Shown: one piece after another, positions 1 to 9,857 of the stretch
How positions within the stretch are numbered: the first letter of the stretch is position 1
Layout: each line of letters starts with the position of its first letter
Source of the DNA: a virus
Lineage: Duplodnaviria > Heunggongvirae > Uroviricota > Caudoviricetes
Strand: one strand, 5' to 3'
DNA length: 64,000 nt
IMG/VR virus record: IMGVR_UViG_3300030339_000005
The notes under the pieces: generated by a model
Told to the model about the DNA's origin: nothing
What the model saw: only the letters and a program-made list of their open reading frames with translations
Database searches by the model: none
Program-made: the position numbers and the translations under genes

Positions 1-1
1 G

Positions 2-577
2 AAAACAGTAGAAGCTCAAGGTTATAACAAAGAAAAAGCACTTGAATCAACAGGTTTAGACGTCCAATTGGACATGTTAAAGAACGCAACACAGGCTTGG
101 AAGAAAGCTGGTTCGCCGATGAATACCAAAGATCTTAATAGATTTATGGCAGAATACATCAAACGTAATAAACTTGTAGGTGCATACTTAGTTGTTGAAG
201 CCTCCTCTGACGACACTCGTCTTCGTCCTTACAGCGTTATCAACGAAACAACAAAAGGAAAACGCAAAACGACTACAACTTATCAAATTAAAGAAGCTGA
301 ATTGAAAGTTAAGTTTACAACTATGATTACTGACGAAAACGAAGAAATCGCAGTACCAGTTGTTGATGTAGTAGCTGTCGGAGCTGTTGAAGCTCGCGCA
401 GACAAGAAAGACACTGCTCTGAAAATTATGAAAGAGCTTATCGAAGTAAACAAAAAAGATTATGTAGTTGAAATTGTTAAGGAAGTTACCGAAGGACAAA
501 AATATGCCGGTTATGGCCAATATACACCTTCGAAATCTGCTAAACTTGGCAAATTCTTATTCTTTGTACAAGAATAA
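2..577 (+). CDS. Conserved hypothetical phage protein, 5'-truncated by the window edge
   Basis: Frame is open from base 2 (KTVEAQGYNKEKALES...) into the 68..577 ORF; ends in TAA; followed by a terminator. Confidence 0.75.
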   Translation, partial: KTVEAQGYNKEKALESTGLDVQLDMLKNATQAWKKAGSPMNTKDLNRFMAEYIKRNKLVGAYLVVEASSDDTRLRPYSVINETTKGKRKTTTTYQIKEAELKVKFTTMITDENEEIAVPVVDVVAVGAVEARADKKDTALKIMKELIEVNKKDYVVEIVKEVTEGQKYAGYGQYTPSKSAKLGKFLFFVQE

Positions 578-602
578 TCATTGATTAACTAACTAATCAC
601 AC

Positions 603-638
603 AGGTCAGCAGTCGCAAGATTGCTGACCTTTTTCTTT
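603..638 (+). terminator. Intrinsic terminator
   Basis: AGGTCAGCAGTC-GCAA-GATTGCTGACCT, a 12-bp stem with a GNRA loop, followed by TTTTCTTT. Confidence 0.9.
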
Positions 639-673
639 AATATTAACGGCGTAACAGCTTATAAAACTAATAC

Positions 674-2011
674 ATGAACACAGACGTAACACACGATGCC
701 ACTATTGATGAGGCTATGCAGGAAAGATCCAGCATAGAAACCTTAAGAGATAGTGCAAACAGAATTACTGGATATAGATTTAGCATTTTAGTACATGATA
801 AACCTACATTGTCTGGAGAGATGACACGTGAGGAAGTTGAGAAAATGTATAGATTGTATTCCCAAGAAGGAGCAAGTCTAACTCAACGTACAATCGTAAG
901 AGAATTTCCGAATTATACATTTCCGCAATTCAAAAAGATCCTTCGAGCTTTTAACATCACCAAATCGTCTGCTCCGTTAGCTCCTCATACTCTAGAGGAA
1001 CTTACAACGGAAGAGGCTGTAGAGATTGCTTTACAGAACAAAGAAAATGATTTCTTTAAGAAATTAGAGCAAGAAAGGGGTAAACGCACCGAACAGCGTT
1101 TAAAAGAAATTACAAAAGAGTATCAAACATTTAAAGAAAAGGCCAATGACTTTGAAGCCTTCTTCGCATCTTTAGACATTACTGCTCATATTGAAGCCAT
1201 TAGGCCTCAAGAAAATGCAGATAAAGTTATTGTGGTATATCTAAGTGATATGCACATTGGTGCTGATGTTAGTAGATATTCAATCTTTGCAAATGAGTAT
1301 AATGCAAAGGAAGTTAAGAAAAGATTAAACAAAGTACTTCAATCTGTTCTACAATTGGCTCAAATGACCGGAGCTACAGATATCATCGTATGTAATATTG
1401 GTGATTCTCTGGATGGATATGATGCCCAAACTACTAGAGGTGGGCATAATTTACCTCAAAATATGGATAATAAAGATCAACTAAAGAACTTTGTTCAACT
1501 AATGGTAGATTTCTTCGGAAGTCTTGCTAATAGTGGATACTTTATGTCGATTAAGTATTACTGTGTAGAAGGTGGTAATCATGACGGAGATTTTGGATAT
1601 GCTGCAAATTTTGCATTGCAATCCTATCTTCGTTCAGCTGGTATCGAAGCTGTGATATTTGACCAGTATATTGACCATTTCAAATATGGTAAACATACTT
1701 TTGTCCTATGTCATGGTAAAGATGCTAAGGATGTCTTTAAAAATATGCCTTTAGTTTTAAGTAAAGGTGTAGAAAATCAAATTGATGAATACTTAGACTA
1801 TCACAGTCTAAAAGGCAATATTCACTTTGTAAAAGGTGATTTGCACCAATCAGCAACCACTTATGGAAAGCGTTTCAGATACAAGTCTGTAGCTTCTTTA
1901 TTTGGCTCAAGTGCTTGGATTCATAAAAACTTTGGTAATACCAAAGCAGCTGTTGATATTGACATTATTGATGGAGATAAGATTTTGGAAACAAGAGTAA
2001 TTCTCAATTGA
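674..2011 (+). CDS. Calcineurin-like metallophosphoesterase with N-terminal helical/coiled-coil region
   Basis: Motifs SDMHIG, GDSLDG, GNHD, CHG and GDLH in canonical order; TGA stop. Confidence 0.85.
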   Translation: MNTDVTHDATIDEAMQERSSIETLRDSANRITGYRFSILVHDKPTLSGEMTREEVEKMYRLYSQEGASLTQRTIVREFPNYTFPQFKKILRAFNITKSSAPLAPHTLEELTTEEAVEIALQNKENDFFKKLEQERGKRTEQRLKEITKEYQTFKEKANDFEAFFASLDITAHIEAIRPQENADKVIVVYLSDMHIGADVSRYSIFANEYNAKEVKKRLNKVLQSVLQLAQMTGATDIIVCNIGDSLDGYDAQTTRGGHNLPQNMDNKDQLKNFVQLMVDFFGSLANSGYFMSIKYYCVEGGNHDGDFGYAANFALQSYLRSAGIEAVIFDQYIDHFKYGKHTFVLCHGKDAKDVFKNMPLVLSKGVENQIDEYLDYHSLKGNIHFVKGDLHQSATTYGKRFRYKSVASLFGSSAWIHKNFGNTKAAVDIDIIDGDKILETRVILN

Positions 2012-2012
2012 T

Positions 2013-2615
2013 ATGACAAGACAACGCATTCACATAGACTTTGATCGAAATGTAGTAACTGGAAAAGAGTTGAAGGAAGCGTTCTTTAGAACAACTCTGG
2101 CTCCTCTAGAAAAAACTATCGAACAAGTCTATGTGTCTAAAGCTCCTAAAGCAACTGATTTCCATGTGGAAATTGCTGCCGAAGGCCATAATGATGGAAC
2201 AGTTTTGTTTTATTATAAAGGAAAGATTGCGTTTATGGGTGAGCAGGAAGTTAAAAGAAATGTTTCAGCAACTCGAACAGAGTTAAGTAAACAGCTTTTG
2301 CAACTTCTTCATTATCATTACCAAAAAGTAGTAGTGCCCCCCAATCCTCCTAAATATAATTATAAAGTCTTTATATTAAACAGTAGTAAATTCTTTGCTT
2401 ATGTTTATTTAGAAGATTTAACAGAAGTTCTTAACCAGCTTGTTCCGTTATTTAAAGAGATTGAGTGTTCTGCTTCTCAGACTTGGAATCAACCAAGATT
2501 ACAAATGGCCATGAAATCTATTATGGATAGCATTCCTATTGTTGTTCATGAGATTACAGATGGCTTTAAGTTGAATGATTGTTATCGAGAAATGTATTTA
2601 CATTGTTTAGATTAA
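2013..2615 (+). CDS. Hypothetical protein
   Basis: 200-aa ORF tightly packed between neighbours; TAA stop. Confidence 0.7.
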   Translation: MTRQRIHIDFDRNVVTGKELKEAFFRTTLAPLEKTIEQVYVSKAPKATDFHVEIAAEGHNDGTVLFYYKGKIAFMGEQEVKRNVSATRTELSKQLLQLLHYHYQKVVVPPNPPKYNYKVFILNSSKFFAYVYLEDLTEVLNQLVPLFKEIECSASQTWNQPRLQMAMKSIMDSIPIVVHEITDGFKLNDCYREMYLHCLD

Positions 2616-2616
2616 T

Positions 2617-2820
2617 ATGAAAGAAGTAATTGTTGCCTTAAATGAAGACATCAAAATCAATTTGCAAAAAATAAAATTATTGCAGAAAGAAATTGATGAT
2701 AATAAAGTTGCTATTGCAGCTTTACAAAGAGTATGTAAACATGCTTACGGATGTACAGGTCATGATAGTCATAAAGACCATTTTACTTGTTTAATCTGTG
2801 GCGATACTTATAGTGCCTAG
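2617..2820 (+). CDS. Small coiled-coil plus Zn-ribbon-like protein
   Basis: CKH...C...HDSHKDHFTCLICG; operon-like spacing. Confidence 0.65.
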   Translation: MKEVIVALNEDIKINLQKIKLLQKEIDDNKVAIAALQRVCKHAYGCTGHDSHKDHFTCLICGDTYSA

Positions 2821-2867
2821 ATATCATACTTATAGATACAGTTGTTAAACGAATTTAATATACCTTA

Positions 2868-3626
2868 ATGGATATTACTGTATCAGAATTGTTGAAAGGA
2901 AAACCGACAATTATCAAAAATAAAGAGTTTTTCCAAACTAAATCATATGTAGAACCATTCTTAAATAAGATGGCAGCTCTTACAAGTGATTTTAGGATTC
3001 AAGTTAAAATGCCAGATCAAATAACTTTTGGTCCAGATGCACAAGACTTGACTTATAATAGAGTGTTGATTCAGGCAGTGATGCCTCAACAACAGATGGT
3101 AGATGGTCATGAAGAAGTAATTGGCTTTCTATATGGAATTGATGTCAAACGTCCTGTTGTAAAAATTTACAGAGGATATTTAAATCAAGCCTGCACTAAT
3201 CTAACTGTATTTAATCCTCAATGGATTCAGATACAAGAGTTAGTTCCAGGTGATCCTATTAATTATTCTGCTATTAAGAATCTTATGGAGCAGACTAGTG
3301 ACTTTCAAACTAGACTTCAGAAAATGAAAGAAACCACAATTGAGCGCGATAAACGTAAACAATATCTAGGGGAATGGGTTGATTACTCTTTGAGAGAGGC
3401 CCAAGATTATGGATTTGGTAAAGTCAAGATCGCTGTAAGTACTCCTATTGATGCCTATAAACAGTTGTTTATTGATCAAGATAGTGAATACTATATTCCT
3501 GAAGGAATTGATCCAACTTTGTTCGATGTTTATAATAGCTTTACTCAAATTGTTACTGACGATAAGAAAGATATTATGAATAAATTTGAGAAAACTATGA
3601 TTATTAATCGTTTACTTAACGTCTAA
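2868..3626 (+). CDS. DUF932-like protein of crAss-like phages
   Basis: Resembles recalled crAss-like DUF932 proteins (GLDV-K-PV-K-Y-G-LN-ACTNL-VF segment); not searched. Confidence 0.55.
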   Translation: MDITVSELLKGKPTIIKNKEFFQTKSYVEPFLNKMAALTSDFRIQVKMPDQITFGPDAQDLTYNRVLIQAVMPQQQMVDGHEEVIGFLYGIDVKRPVVKIYRGYLNQACTNLTVFNPQWIQIQELVPGDPINYSAIKNLMEQTSDFQTRLQKMKETTIERDKRKQYLGEWVDYSLREAQDYGFGKVKIAVSTPIDAYKQLFIDQDSEYYIPEGIDPTLFDVYNSFTQIVTDDKKDIMNKFEKTMIINRLLNV

Positions 3627-3841
3627 TGAAATTTGCGGTAGGATATATTAATTTCTTTGATAATGATCTTATTATTGAAGTCATTGAAGCTAATAACTGG
3701 AAATTAGCATTGTCTAAGCACAGTCATTTAATTAACTCTGGAATTGATTTATTTTTCGGAGATACATTAGAAAATGTAAAAGTGCAGGCTTTTAATTGTG
3801 ATATGATGATTGATGTTGTTTTATTAGATGAAGATTGTTAA
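3626..3841 (+). CDS. Hypothetical protein
   Basis: TAATG-coupled to the upstream gene; 71 aa. Confidence 0.65.
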   Translation: MKFAVGYINFFDNDLIIEVIEANNWKLALSKHSHLINSGIDLFFGDTLENVKVQAFNCDMMIDVVLLDEDC

Positions 3842-4097
3842 AGTTATCTATGATGATAAAACGAGCTTTATTCTAGACATTGTTAATAATCTAGACGTAA
3901 AAGTATTGATTGATAGTTTTAACATTGATGATTATCGACAAAAGAAAAAAGCTCTCCCAATTATGACAAGAAATGGAACTACTCAAGTTCCTCTTGTCGT
4001 ATTTGCGGATGAAAACTTAGATGAATATGCTGCTATTTGGAGCGAAACAAAGCCAGATTGGGAATTAGAAATAAAGAAAATTTTAGAAAATGAATAA
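3828..4097 (+). CDS. Hypothetical protein, possible glutaredoxin-like fold lacking CxxC
   Basis: TTQVPLVVF resembles the glutaredoxin T-V-P cis-Pro loop. Confidence 0.5.
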   Translation: MKIVKVIYDDKTSFILDIVNNLDVKVLIDSFNIDDYRQKKKALPIMTRNGTTQVPLVVFADENLDEYAAIWSETKPDWELEIKKILENE

Positions 4098-4260
4098 ATA
4101 TCGAATTTATTTAAACAATAATGATCTCACAGATAGTGTTGATATATCAGCAGATTATCCTCAGGTTATGGGAAACATAATCATCTTTTATATAGGAGAT
4201 GAAGTTGTAGCAAGTATACCACCAGCCTTAGTTTTTATTAGATTACCTAAAGAAGACTAA
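4090..4260 (+). CDS. Small hypothetical protein (56 aa, absent from ORF track)
   Basis: Hand translation MNKYRIYLNNNDLTDSVDISADYPQVMGNIIIFYIGDEVVASIPPALVFIRLPKED*; fills the gap exactly. Confidence 0.65.
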   Translation: MNKYRIYLNNNDLTDSVDISADYPQVMGNIIIFYIGDEVVASIPPALVFIRLPKED

Positions 4261-4261
4261 T

Positions 4262-4483
4262 ATGATGATGTTTTTTACAGAAGATGATATTGTTTCCTTT
4301 GGAAATTATATGATGTCTTCATTAAGAGAAAGAAAAATCAGAGAGGCTGTAGAGCTTTCTGAAGACGAAGATCAAATCCAAGCTAGATTGAGATCAGTGA
4401 GTGATGCCGATCTAGGTAATTGGGCTTATCTAATGAATCAAGCTGTTGCCCAAGGTACAGCAAATAATCGTTCTGAAGAATAA
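4262..4483 (+). CDS. Hypothetical protein
   Basis: FTEDDIVSFGNYMMS...DADLGNW; TAATG-coupled to the dUTPase gene. Confidence 0.7.
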   Translation: MMMFFTEDDIVSFGNYMMSSLRERKIREAVELSEDEDQIQARLRSVSDADLGNWAYLMNQAVAQGTANNRSEE

Positions 4484-4977
4484 TGAAAGTAGATGTTGTA
4501 AATCAAGGAATTAATGAACTTCCAAAATATGCTAAAGCTGGTGATTCTGGAATGGATTTAAGAGCTAATTTTTCAAATGGTTTGAATGAAGATTTAATGT
4601 ATGGCTGTGCTTTTGATACTGAAAGAGAAGTTTTGATTATGTTTAGTGGCGGTCGATGTGTAGTTTCAACTGGATTATACACAGCATTTCCACCTGGATA
4701 TGAAATTCAAGTTAGGGGAAGAAGTGGATTAGCTATCAAGTATGGTATTCAAGTGTTAAATGCTCCTGGCACAATTGATTCTTCTTATAGAGGAGAATTG
4801 GGAGTAATCTTAATGAACTCGGGTAGTGAACCTTTTGAAATTGTACATGGAGATAGAATTGCCCAAGCTATACTTGCGAAAGTATGCTTAGTAGAATGGA
4901 ATCAACTGGCAAGTCTAGAAGATCTTTCTGCTTCAGATAGAGGAAAGACTGGATTTGGTGATAGTGGTATTAAGTAA
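4483..4977 (+). CDS. dut: Trimeric dUTPase
   Basis: Motifs GMDLRA, RGRSGLA, GTIDSSYRGE, GDRIAQ and RGKTGFGDSG. Confidence 0.97.
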   Translation: MKVDVVNQGINELPKYAKAGDSGMDLRANFSNGLNEDLMYGCAFDTEREVLIMFSGGRCVVSTGLYTAFPPGYEIQVRGRSGLAIKYGIQVLNAPGTIDSSYRGELGVILMNSGSEPFEIVHGDRIAQAILAKVCLVEWNQLASLEDLSASDRGKTGFGDSGIK

Positions 4978-6149
4978 TGATAATTGAAACAATATATCTA
5001 GTTACAAGAAATGCTCGAGACAAAGTTCAAGTAGTTATTGCTGAATTAGAACAAATTGGAAACAACTTTGTGATTCACAGAACTACTGGACAATATGAAG
5101 GAAAAATGACTGATCAACCTGAACTTGTTATTGAGAAAGGTAAAGCTAAACGATCAGTCATACAACAAGCAGAACTTGAATTTAATAGTATTGTTAGTAA
5201 GTATCAAGACAAAGGTTACAAAAGATTAGCCTCTCTTACTAATAAGAAGTTTGAAGATATTTTAGCAAGTGAGATGGACGCTTTAGTTCCTACTATAAAA
5301 TCTGACTCATCAGGAAATCTAAAACCAATGTTAGCTAAGGATTACAATAAATGTCAGAATTCAGTTCTAGACAAAAGAATGTATTGTAGTCGTAAGTTAA
5401 ATGGTGTAAGATGTATGATGAAATGGGGTGGCAATAATGTTGTAACCGTTTCCAGAGGTGGAAAGAATTACGACAATGCTTGTCAACAACTAACTCCACA
5501 ATTAAGCGAGTATTTACGTTCACATCCAGATGTAATTCTAGATGGCGAGCTTTATCATCATGGTCATTATCTACAAGAATTATCTGGTATAGCCCGAAAG
5601 GAAACTTGGGACGAAAGATGTGAAATTCTTGAGTATTGGATTTATGATATAGCTGATGATAAAATGGAATTCGTAGATAGACTTGGCATTCTTAATGAAT
5701 TGAGAGTTGAAACTTTTAAAGATCTCCAAAAAATTAAAGTTTTAGAACATTATCCAACTGAATGTTGGGATGATGTCAAACGGCTCCACGATAAGTGGGT
5801 AGGAGAAGGTTATGAGGGCGCAGTAGCTCGAAAACCGAACAAACCATATGAGTTTGGAAAGAGAAGTTCTACAATGATTAAGATTAAAGCTTATCAAGAT
5901 GCTGAGTTTACAATTATTGATTATCGAGATGGTTTAAGAGATGAAGATTTTTGCTTCATTTGTGAAACTGAAGATGGCAAAGCATTTGCTGCTAAGCCTA
6001 TAGGTGATCGAGAATTAAAGGCTGAGTATATGAACAACATAGATAACATAATTGGAAAGAAAGGGACCATAAAATACTTCGAGATTTCTCGAGAGGGTAT
6101 TCCAATGCAACCAATCTTTCAATCAGTACGTTACGAGGAGGATCTATAA
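4977..6149 (+). CDS. lig: ATP-dependent DNA ligase
   Basis: PMLAK, SRKLNGVRC (motif I KxDG-like), LDGELY, GYEGAVAR, KRS...KIK and an OB-fold C-terminus ending PIFQSVR. Confidence 0.93.
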   Translation: MIIETIYLVTRNARDKVQVVIAELEQIGNNFVIHRTTGQYEGKMTDQPELVIEKGKAKRSVIQQAELEFNSIVSKYQDKGYKRLASLTNKKFEDILASEMDALVPTIKSDSSGNLKPMLAKDYNKCQNSVLDKRMYCSRKLNGVRCMMKWGGNNVVTVSRGGKNYDNACQQLTPQLSEYLRSHPDVILDGELYHHGHYLQELSGIARKETWDERCEILEYWIYDIADDKMEFVDRLGILNELRVETFKDLQKIKVLEHYPTECWDDVKRLHDKWVGEGYEGAVARKPNKPYEFGKRSSTMIKIKAYQDAEFTIIDYRDGLRDEDFCFICETEDGKAFAAKPIGDRELKAEYMNNIDNIIGKKGTIKYFEISREGIPMQPIFQSVRYEEDL

Positions 6150-6442
6150 TGAGCGAAAATTTAAAAATAATGGTTGAATCCAATGAACATGTTATCATTG
6201 ATTTTTCAGCCGAATGGTGTGCTCCATGTAAGATAGTGGGGCCAATTCTTGATCAAATTGATGAAGAAAATCCAGATATATCTGTATTTAAAGTAGATAT
6301 TGATGATGATCCTACAGGATTAACATCTGAATTTGCTGTTCGAAATATTCCTACCCTTTTATATTTTAAGGGTGGACAAGTGATTGATAGAACAGCAGGT
6401 TCTCTACCAAAAACAATGATTTTAAGTAAGTTTAATAAGTAA
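6149..6442 (+). CDS. trxA: Thioredoxin
   Basis: DFSAEWCAPCK active site; VRNIPT cis-Pro loop. Confidence 0.95.
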   Translation: MSENLKIMVESNEHVIIDFSAEWCAPCKIVGPILDQIDEENPDISVFKVDIDDDPTGLTSEFAVRNIPTLLYFKGGQVIDRTAGSLPKTMILSKFNK

Positions 6443-6446
6443 AGCT

Positions 6447-6584
6447 ATGACAATAATTAAGCCATGCACATGTGAACATAAATTTCAAGACGCAATTTAT
6501 GGAAAAGGTAAGAGAGTTCATAACGAAAGTTTTGACGGTAAGCGTTCTAAGTGTACTGTTTGCAAATCTGTAAAGAATAAGTAA
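6447..6584 (+). CDS. Small Cys-rich protein (45 aa, absent from ORF track)
   Basis: Hand translation MTIIKPCTCEHKFQDAIYGKGKRVHNESFDGKRSKCTVCKSVKNK*. Confidence 0.7.
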   Translation: MTIIKPCTCEHKFQDAIYGKGKRVHNESFDGKRSKCTVCKSVKNK

Positions 6585-6585
6585 T

Positions 6586-7092
6586 ATGTATTTTAAAGGA
6601 ACAATAATTATAACAGATCCTTGTTATTTAGACATTGAAAATGTTGAAGATAAATTAGAAGGTTTGTTTGAAGAAACTGGATATGGTGATTGGAGTTGCA
6701 CAACTTTTAAAGATACTCCTGAAGCCACTGCACTTTATAATGATTATAGTAGAGAATATCTTACGTTCTTTACTGCTTATAATTTTGGGCCACAAAGTCC
6801 AGAAGAAAAAGAAGTAATGCTTAACGAGTATATGGAAAAACATCAAGCCTTTATTCATTCGGAAGCTGTTCTTGGACAATTCTGTGCTGATGGAGGTATG
6901 GTTTGCGTTGCTCTTTTAGACGATGTCATGAAATTAAATCCTGAGTTTTCTTATGATGAAGAAAGCCATTGGATAACGGTTATTCCTAACTTTGAGGGAG
7001 ATGTTGTTATTGATTGGGATGATTCTACAGATTCAAGCAAAGTTATTGGCAAAGGAAATATTAATTTTTATACTGCTCAGACAGGTTTATAA
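6586..7092 (+). CDS. Hypothetical phage protein
   Basis: GTIIITDPCY...GQFCADGGMVCV...GKGNINFYT; 168 aa. Confidence 0.75.
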   Translation: MYFKGTIIITDPCYLDIENVEDKLEGLFEETGYGDWSCTTFKDTPEATALYNDYSREYLTFFTAYNFGPQSPEEKEVMLNEYMEKHQAFIHSEAVLGQFCADGGMVCVALLDDVMKLNPEFSYDEESHWITVIPNFEGDVVIDWDDSTDSSKVIGKGNINFYTAQTGL

Positions 7093-7349
7093 TGGAAGAC
7101 ACAGAAATTATAGTAGCTGAAGAAACTCCAGTTACTGAAACACATGATTTGGAGTATCCCGAGATTAGTCTCGAGATGCTTCAATCTCGTGCGGCTCGGA
7201 AAGCATTTGGTATTAGATTTAAACCATATGTTCGTGAGACGCCAAAGATACAAAGAAATGACTTATGTTACTGTGGCAGCGGCAAAAAGTATAAACATTG
7301 CCACATGGAGCTTGATAAATTAGAAGAAAATGCCGAATATTTGCATTAA
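7092..7349 (+). CDS. SEC-C motif zinc-binding protein
   Basis: RNDLCYCGSGKKYKHCH matches the SEC-C consensus RNDxCxCGSGKKYKxCH. Confidence 0.88.
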   Translation: MEDTEIIVAEETPVTETHDLEYPEISLEMLQSRAARKAFGIRFKPYVRETPKIQRNDLCYCGSGKKYKHCHMELDKLEENAEYLH

Positions 7350-7791
7350 CACTATCAACATCACATATTACGAAGTTGAGGAGAAAGAACTAAAAAAGAT
7401 TTCCAGAGCTATTCGTGATAAGATTGATGAAAGATTTCTTATTTATAAAATGTGGGGCAAAGACGATACTCCTTATCATCTTGATGAACCTGTAATTATT
7501 ACTAATTATGAGTTTGGAAGTGATTGGGTAGCTCCTTTAGAATTCTTAGATCAGCTTTGTATAGATCACAATGTAGACATTTGTGGTGTTGCATATGAAT
7601 TTGAGGATGGATACGTCGAATCATTTGAACTACAAAATCGAATGGAAGACGGAACACTAGAAACCCATTGGGTAAGTATGGAAGCAGAAGACAGAGAAAA
7701 TACAACTACATTACCACTTAGTGGTGATGAGTCTGTATTGGATGAAGATATTAACTTTGAATTACCACCAGATGAACAGATTTTGGAATAA
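7330..7791 (+). CDS. Acidic hypothetical protein
   Basis: 153-aa ORF overlapping its neighbours in operon fashion. Confidence 0.65.
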   Translation: MPNICINTINITYYEVEEKELKKISRAIRDKIDERFLIYKMWGKDDTPYHLDEPVIITNYEFGSDWVAPLEFLDQLCIDHNVDICGVAYEFEDGYVESFELQNRMEDGTLETHWVSMEAEDRENTTTLPLSGDESVLDEDINFELPPDEQILE

Positions 7792-8281
7792 ATTTTCGGA
7801 ACTTATTTATAACATACGTACTTATATTAAAAATATAATCAAATGGTCACCCATTCTTTGGAAAGACCAAGACTGGGATCATGATTATATTTTTAATACT
7901 TTAAGCTTTAAGATTGAAAATACCTCAAAGTATATTGCAGAGCATAAAAGGTACGTAGGTTATGAAAGAGATGTGGAAATCATGAATACTTGCGTTAGAT
8001 TACTAAAGCTTGTTAAAGAAGAGGGTTATATGGTAGAGTATCATGACTACTATATAACAGAACTTTCTATAAAAGATCATAAATTAGAATCTAAAGTATT
8101 ACAAAATAATTTAGATTTATATTTTGATAAATATCGTCACGAAGTTAGAATGTTTAAGAAAGTTGAACATCGTGAAGATGAATCCTATATAGCCCTAATG
8201 ATAGGCTACCGCGTTCATGAAAAAGCTAGAAGAATTTTATTTAAATTACTTGAAAGAAATATTGAACGATGGTGGGATTAA
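7772..8281 (+). CDS. Hypothetical phage protein
   Basis: Start taken at MNRFW; KWSPILWKDQDWDHDY...IERWWD. Trp codons checked are TGG. Confidence 0.7.
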   Translation: MNRFWNKFSELIYNIRTYIKNIIKWSPILWKDQDWDHDYIFNTLSFKIENTSKYIAEHKRYVGYERDVEIMNTCVRLLKLVKEEGYMVEYHDYYITELSIKDHKLESKVLQNNLDLYFDKYRHEVRMFKKVEHREDESYIALMIGYRVHEKARRILFKLLERNIERWWD

Positions 8282-9342
8282 AGAAAACAATAAGTGCAGA
8301 AATTGTAGCTGATTCTATTAACTCTATGGGAGATAGAATCACTTCATTTCTGTTAACTTATCCACGAATTATACATGCAGAACTAATGACTCATAGAGTT
8401 TTTAGTAGAAATTCTGCATCATCAAGGGCTATACCATTTGAGAAAATGGTTGAATCTGTCAGAACAGATCCTTTTATTCCTATTGCTTGGCAAGTTGCTC
8501 ACAAAGGAATGCAAGGAACAAAATATTTAACTAAATCAGCACATGTTGATTTTCGACGTAGTCAATGGTTAGTAGCTAGGGATTCTGCAATTAAACATGC
8601 TGAAGAATTAAACTCAACTATGGGAGTTAGATATTCTATGGATGAAGATCCGCATCAATTAGCTGATACTTCAGTTACAAAACAACTTTGTAATCGTCTT
8701 TTAGAACCTTTCATGTGGCATACTGTTCTTATAACAGCTACTGAATTTGAAGGATTCTTTGAACTTCGTTGTCCTAAATATTTTGGGCAATATAAAAGTT
8801 GGAAAGATGCAGTATCTTCAGGAGCTACACTTGAAACTCCCTTTGAGTTTCGAATGAACGATTCACAAGCAGAAATTCATATTCAAGCTCTTGCAGAAGC
8901 AATGTGGGATGCGAGAAATGAATCTATTCCTATTAAGCTAAAAGATGGAGATTGGCATATTCCTTTTGGGGATAGAATTACTCTACCTCCGACCATTCCA
9001 ATTGATGCAGGATATACTCTAGAGCAGGGTGTTGCAATTCGAAAAGTTAAAATAGCAACAGCACGATGTGCTAGATTATCCTATATGACATTTGATGGAG
9101 AAATTAATTATGTCAAAGACATTGGTTTACATGATACTTTGCTAGCTAGTCATCACATGAGTCCGTTTGAACACTGTGCTCGTGCAATGAATTCTGATGA
9201 GTATATTCAATTTGATAGAGCCTCTCCACGCATAATCAATGGAAAAATGAATAAGTTTTTTGTTGATATTGAACAGGCTTGGTGTAATAATTTTAGGGGA
9301 TTTATTCCTTATAGATGGTTTATTGAAAATGGAACCAGTTAA
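8269..9342 (+). CDS. thyX: FAD-dependent thymidylate synthase (ThyX/Thy1)
   Basis: ELMTHRVFSRNSASSRAIP signature; ARCARLSY; HMSPFEH. Confidence 0.9.
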   Translation: MVGLKKTISAEIVADSINSMGDRITSFLLTYPRIIHAELMTHRVFSRNSASSRAIPFEKMVESVRTDPFIPIAWQVAHKGMQGTKYLTKSAHVDFRRSQWLVARDSAIKHAEELNSTMGVRYSMDEDPHQLADTSVTKQLCNRLLEPFMWHTVLITATEFEGFFELRCPKYFGQYKSWKDAVSSGATLETPFEFRMNDSQAEIHIQALAEAMWDARNESIPIKLKDGDWHIPFGDRITLPPTIPIDAGYTLEQGVAIRKVKIATARCARLSYMTFDGEINYVKDIGLHDTLLASHHMSPFEHCARAMNSDEYIQFDRASPRIINGKMNKFFVDIEQAWCNNFRGFIPYRWFIENGTS

Positions 9343-9856
9343 TTTACAAGAGTTGAAATCAATTAACGAGTTATTTGATTTCTTTGTCCACCATCACTAT
9401 AAATGTAGTAAATGTAGTTCAGCAGTCTTTTACTCTATGGGAGAAGTGCAAAGTGAATTTGATGTTGATTATATAGATTGCCCATTCTGTGGACAATCTC
9501 AAGCAATTGATATTGATGAGTTTTTAATTAAAGGGCGAAAGCAATCTTTAATTACTAAGAAGAAACTTTTGCTTGCAGAAGATTGGGTCAGGGTTGTTCA
9601 TGGAGGACGAGGTGATTATATTGAACTTGATAGAGAACAAATACTCTCTAATCTTGAGAATAAGTTTACTAAAAAATCCGACCAGGAGCTTTTAAATGGA
9701 GAGCATTTTTATGAATGGTTATATCCATCTGGAGATCCTGATTTAAAAATCTATAGACAGCTCAAAACAGTGACCTATGCTGATTATAAGATAGGAAAAT
9801 ACTATATCAGTGTTGACGAATTTCCAGATTTTAAAGATCCTGAAAAATTATTTTAA
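9329..9856 (+). CDS. Hypothetical protein with N-terminal Zn ribbon
   Basis: CSKC...CPFC followed by HGGRGDYIE...KIYRQLKTVTYADYKIG. Confidence 0.65.
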   Translation: MEPVNLQELKSINELFDFFVHHHYKCSKCSSAVFYSMGEVQSEFDVDYIDCPFCGQSQAIDIDEFLIKGRKQSLITKKKLLLAEDWVRVVHGGRGDYIELDREQILSNLENKFTKKSDQELLNGEHFYEWLYPSGDPDLKIYRQLKTVTYADYKIGKYYISVDEFPDFKDPEKLF

Positions 9857-9857
9857 A

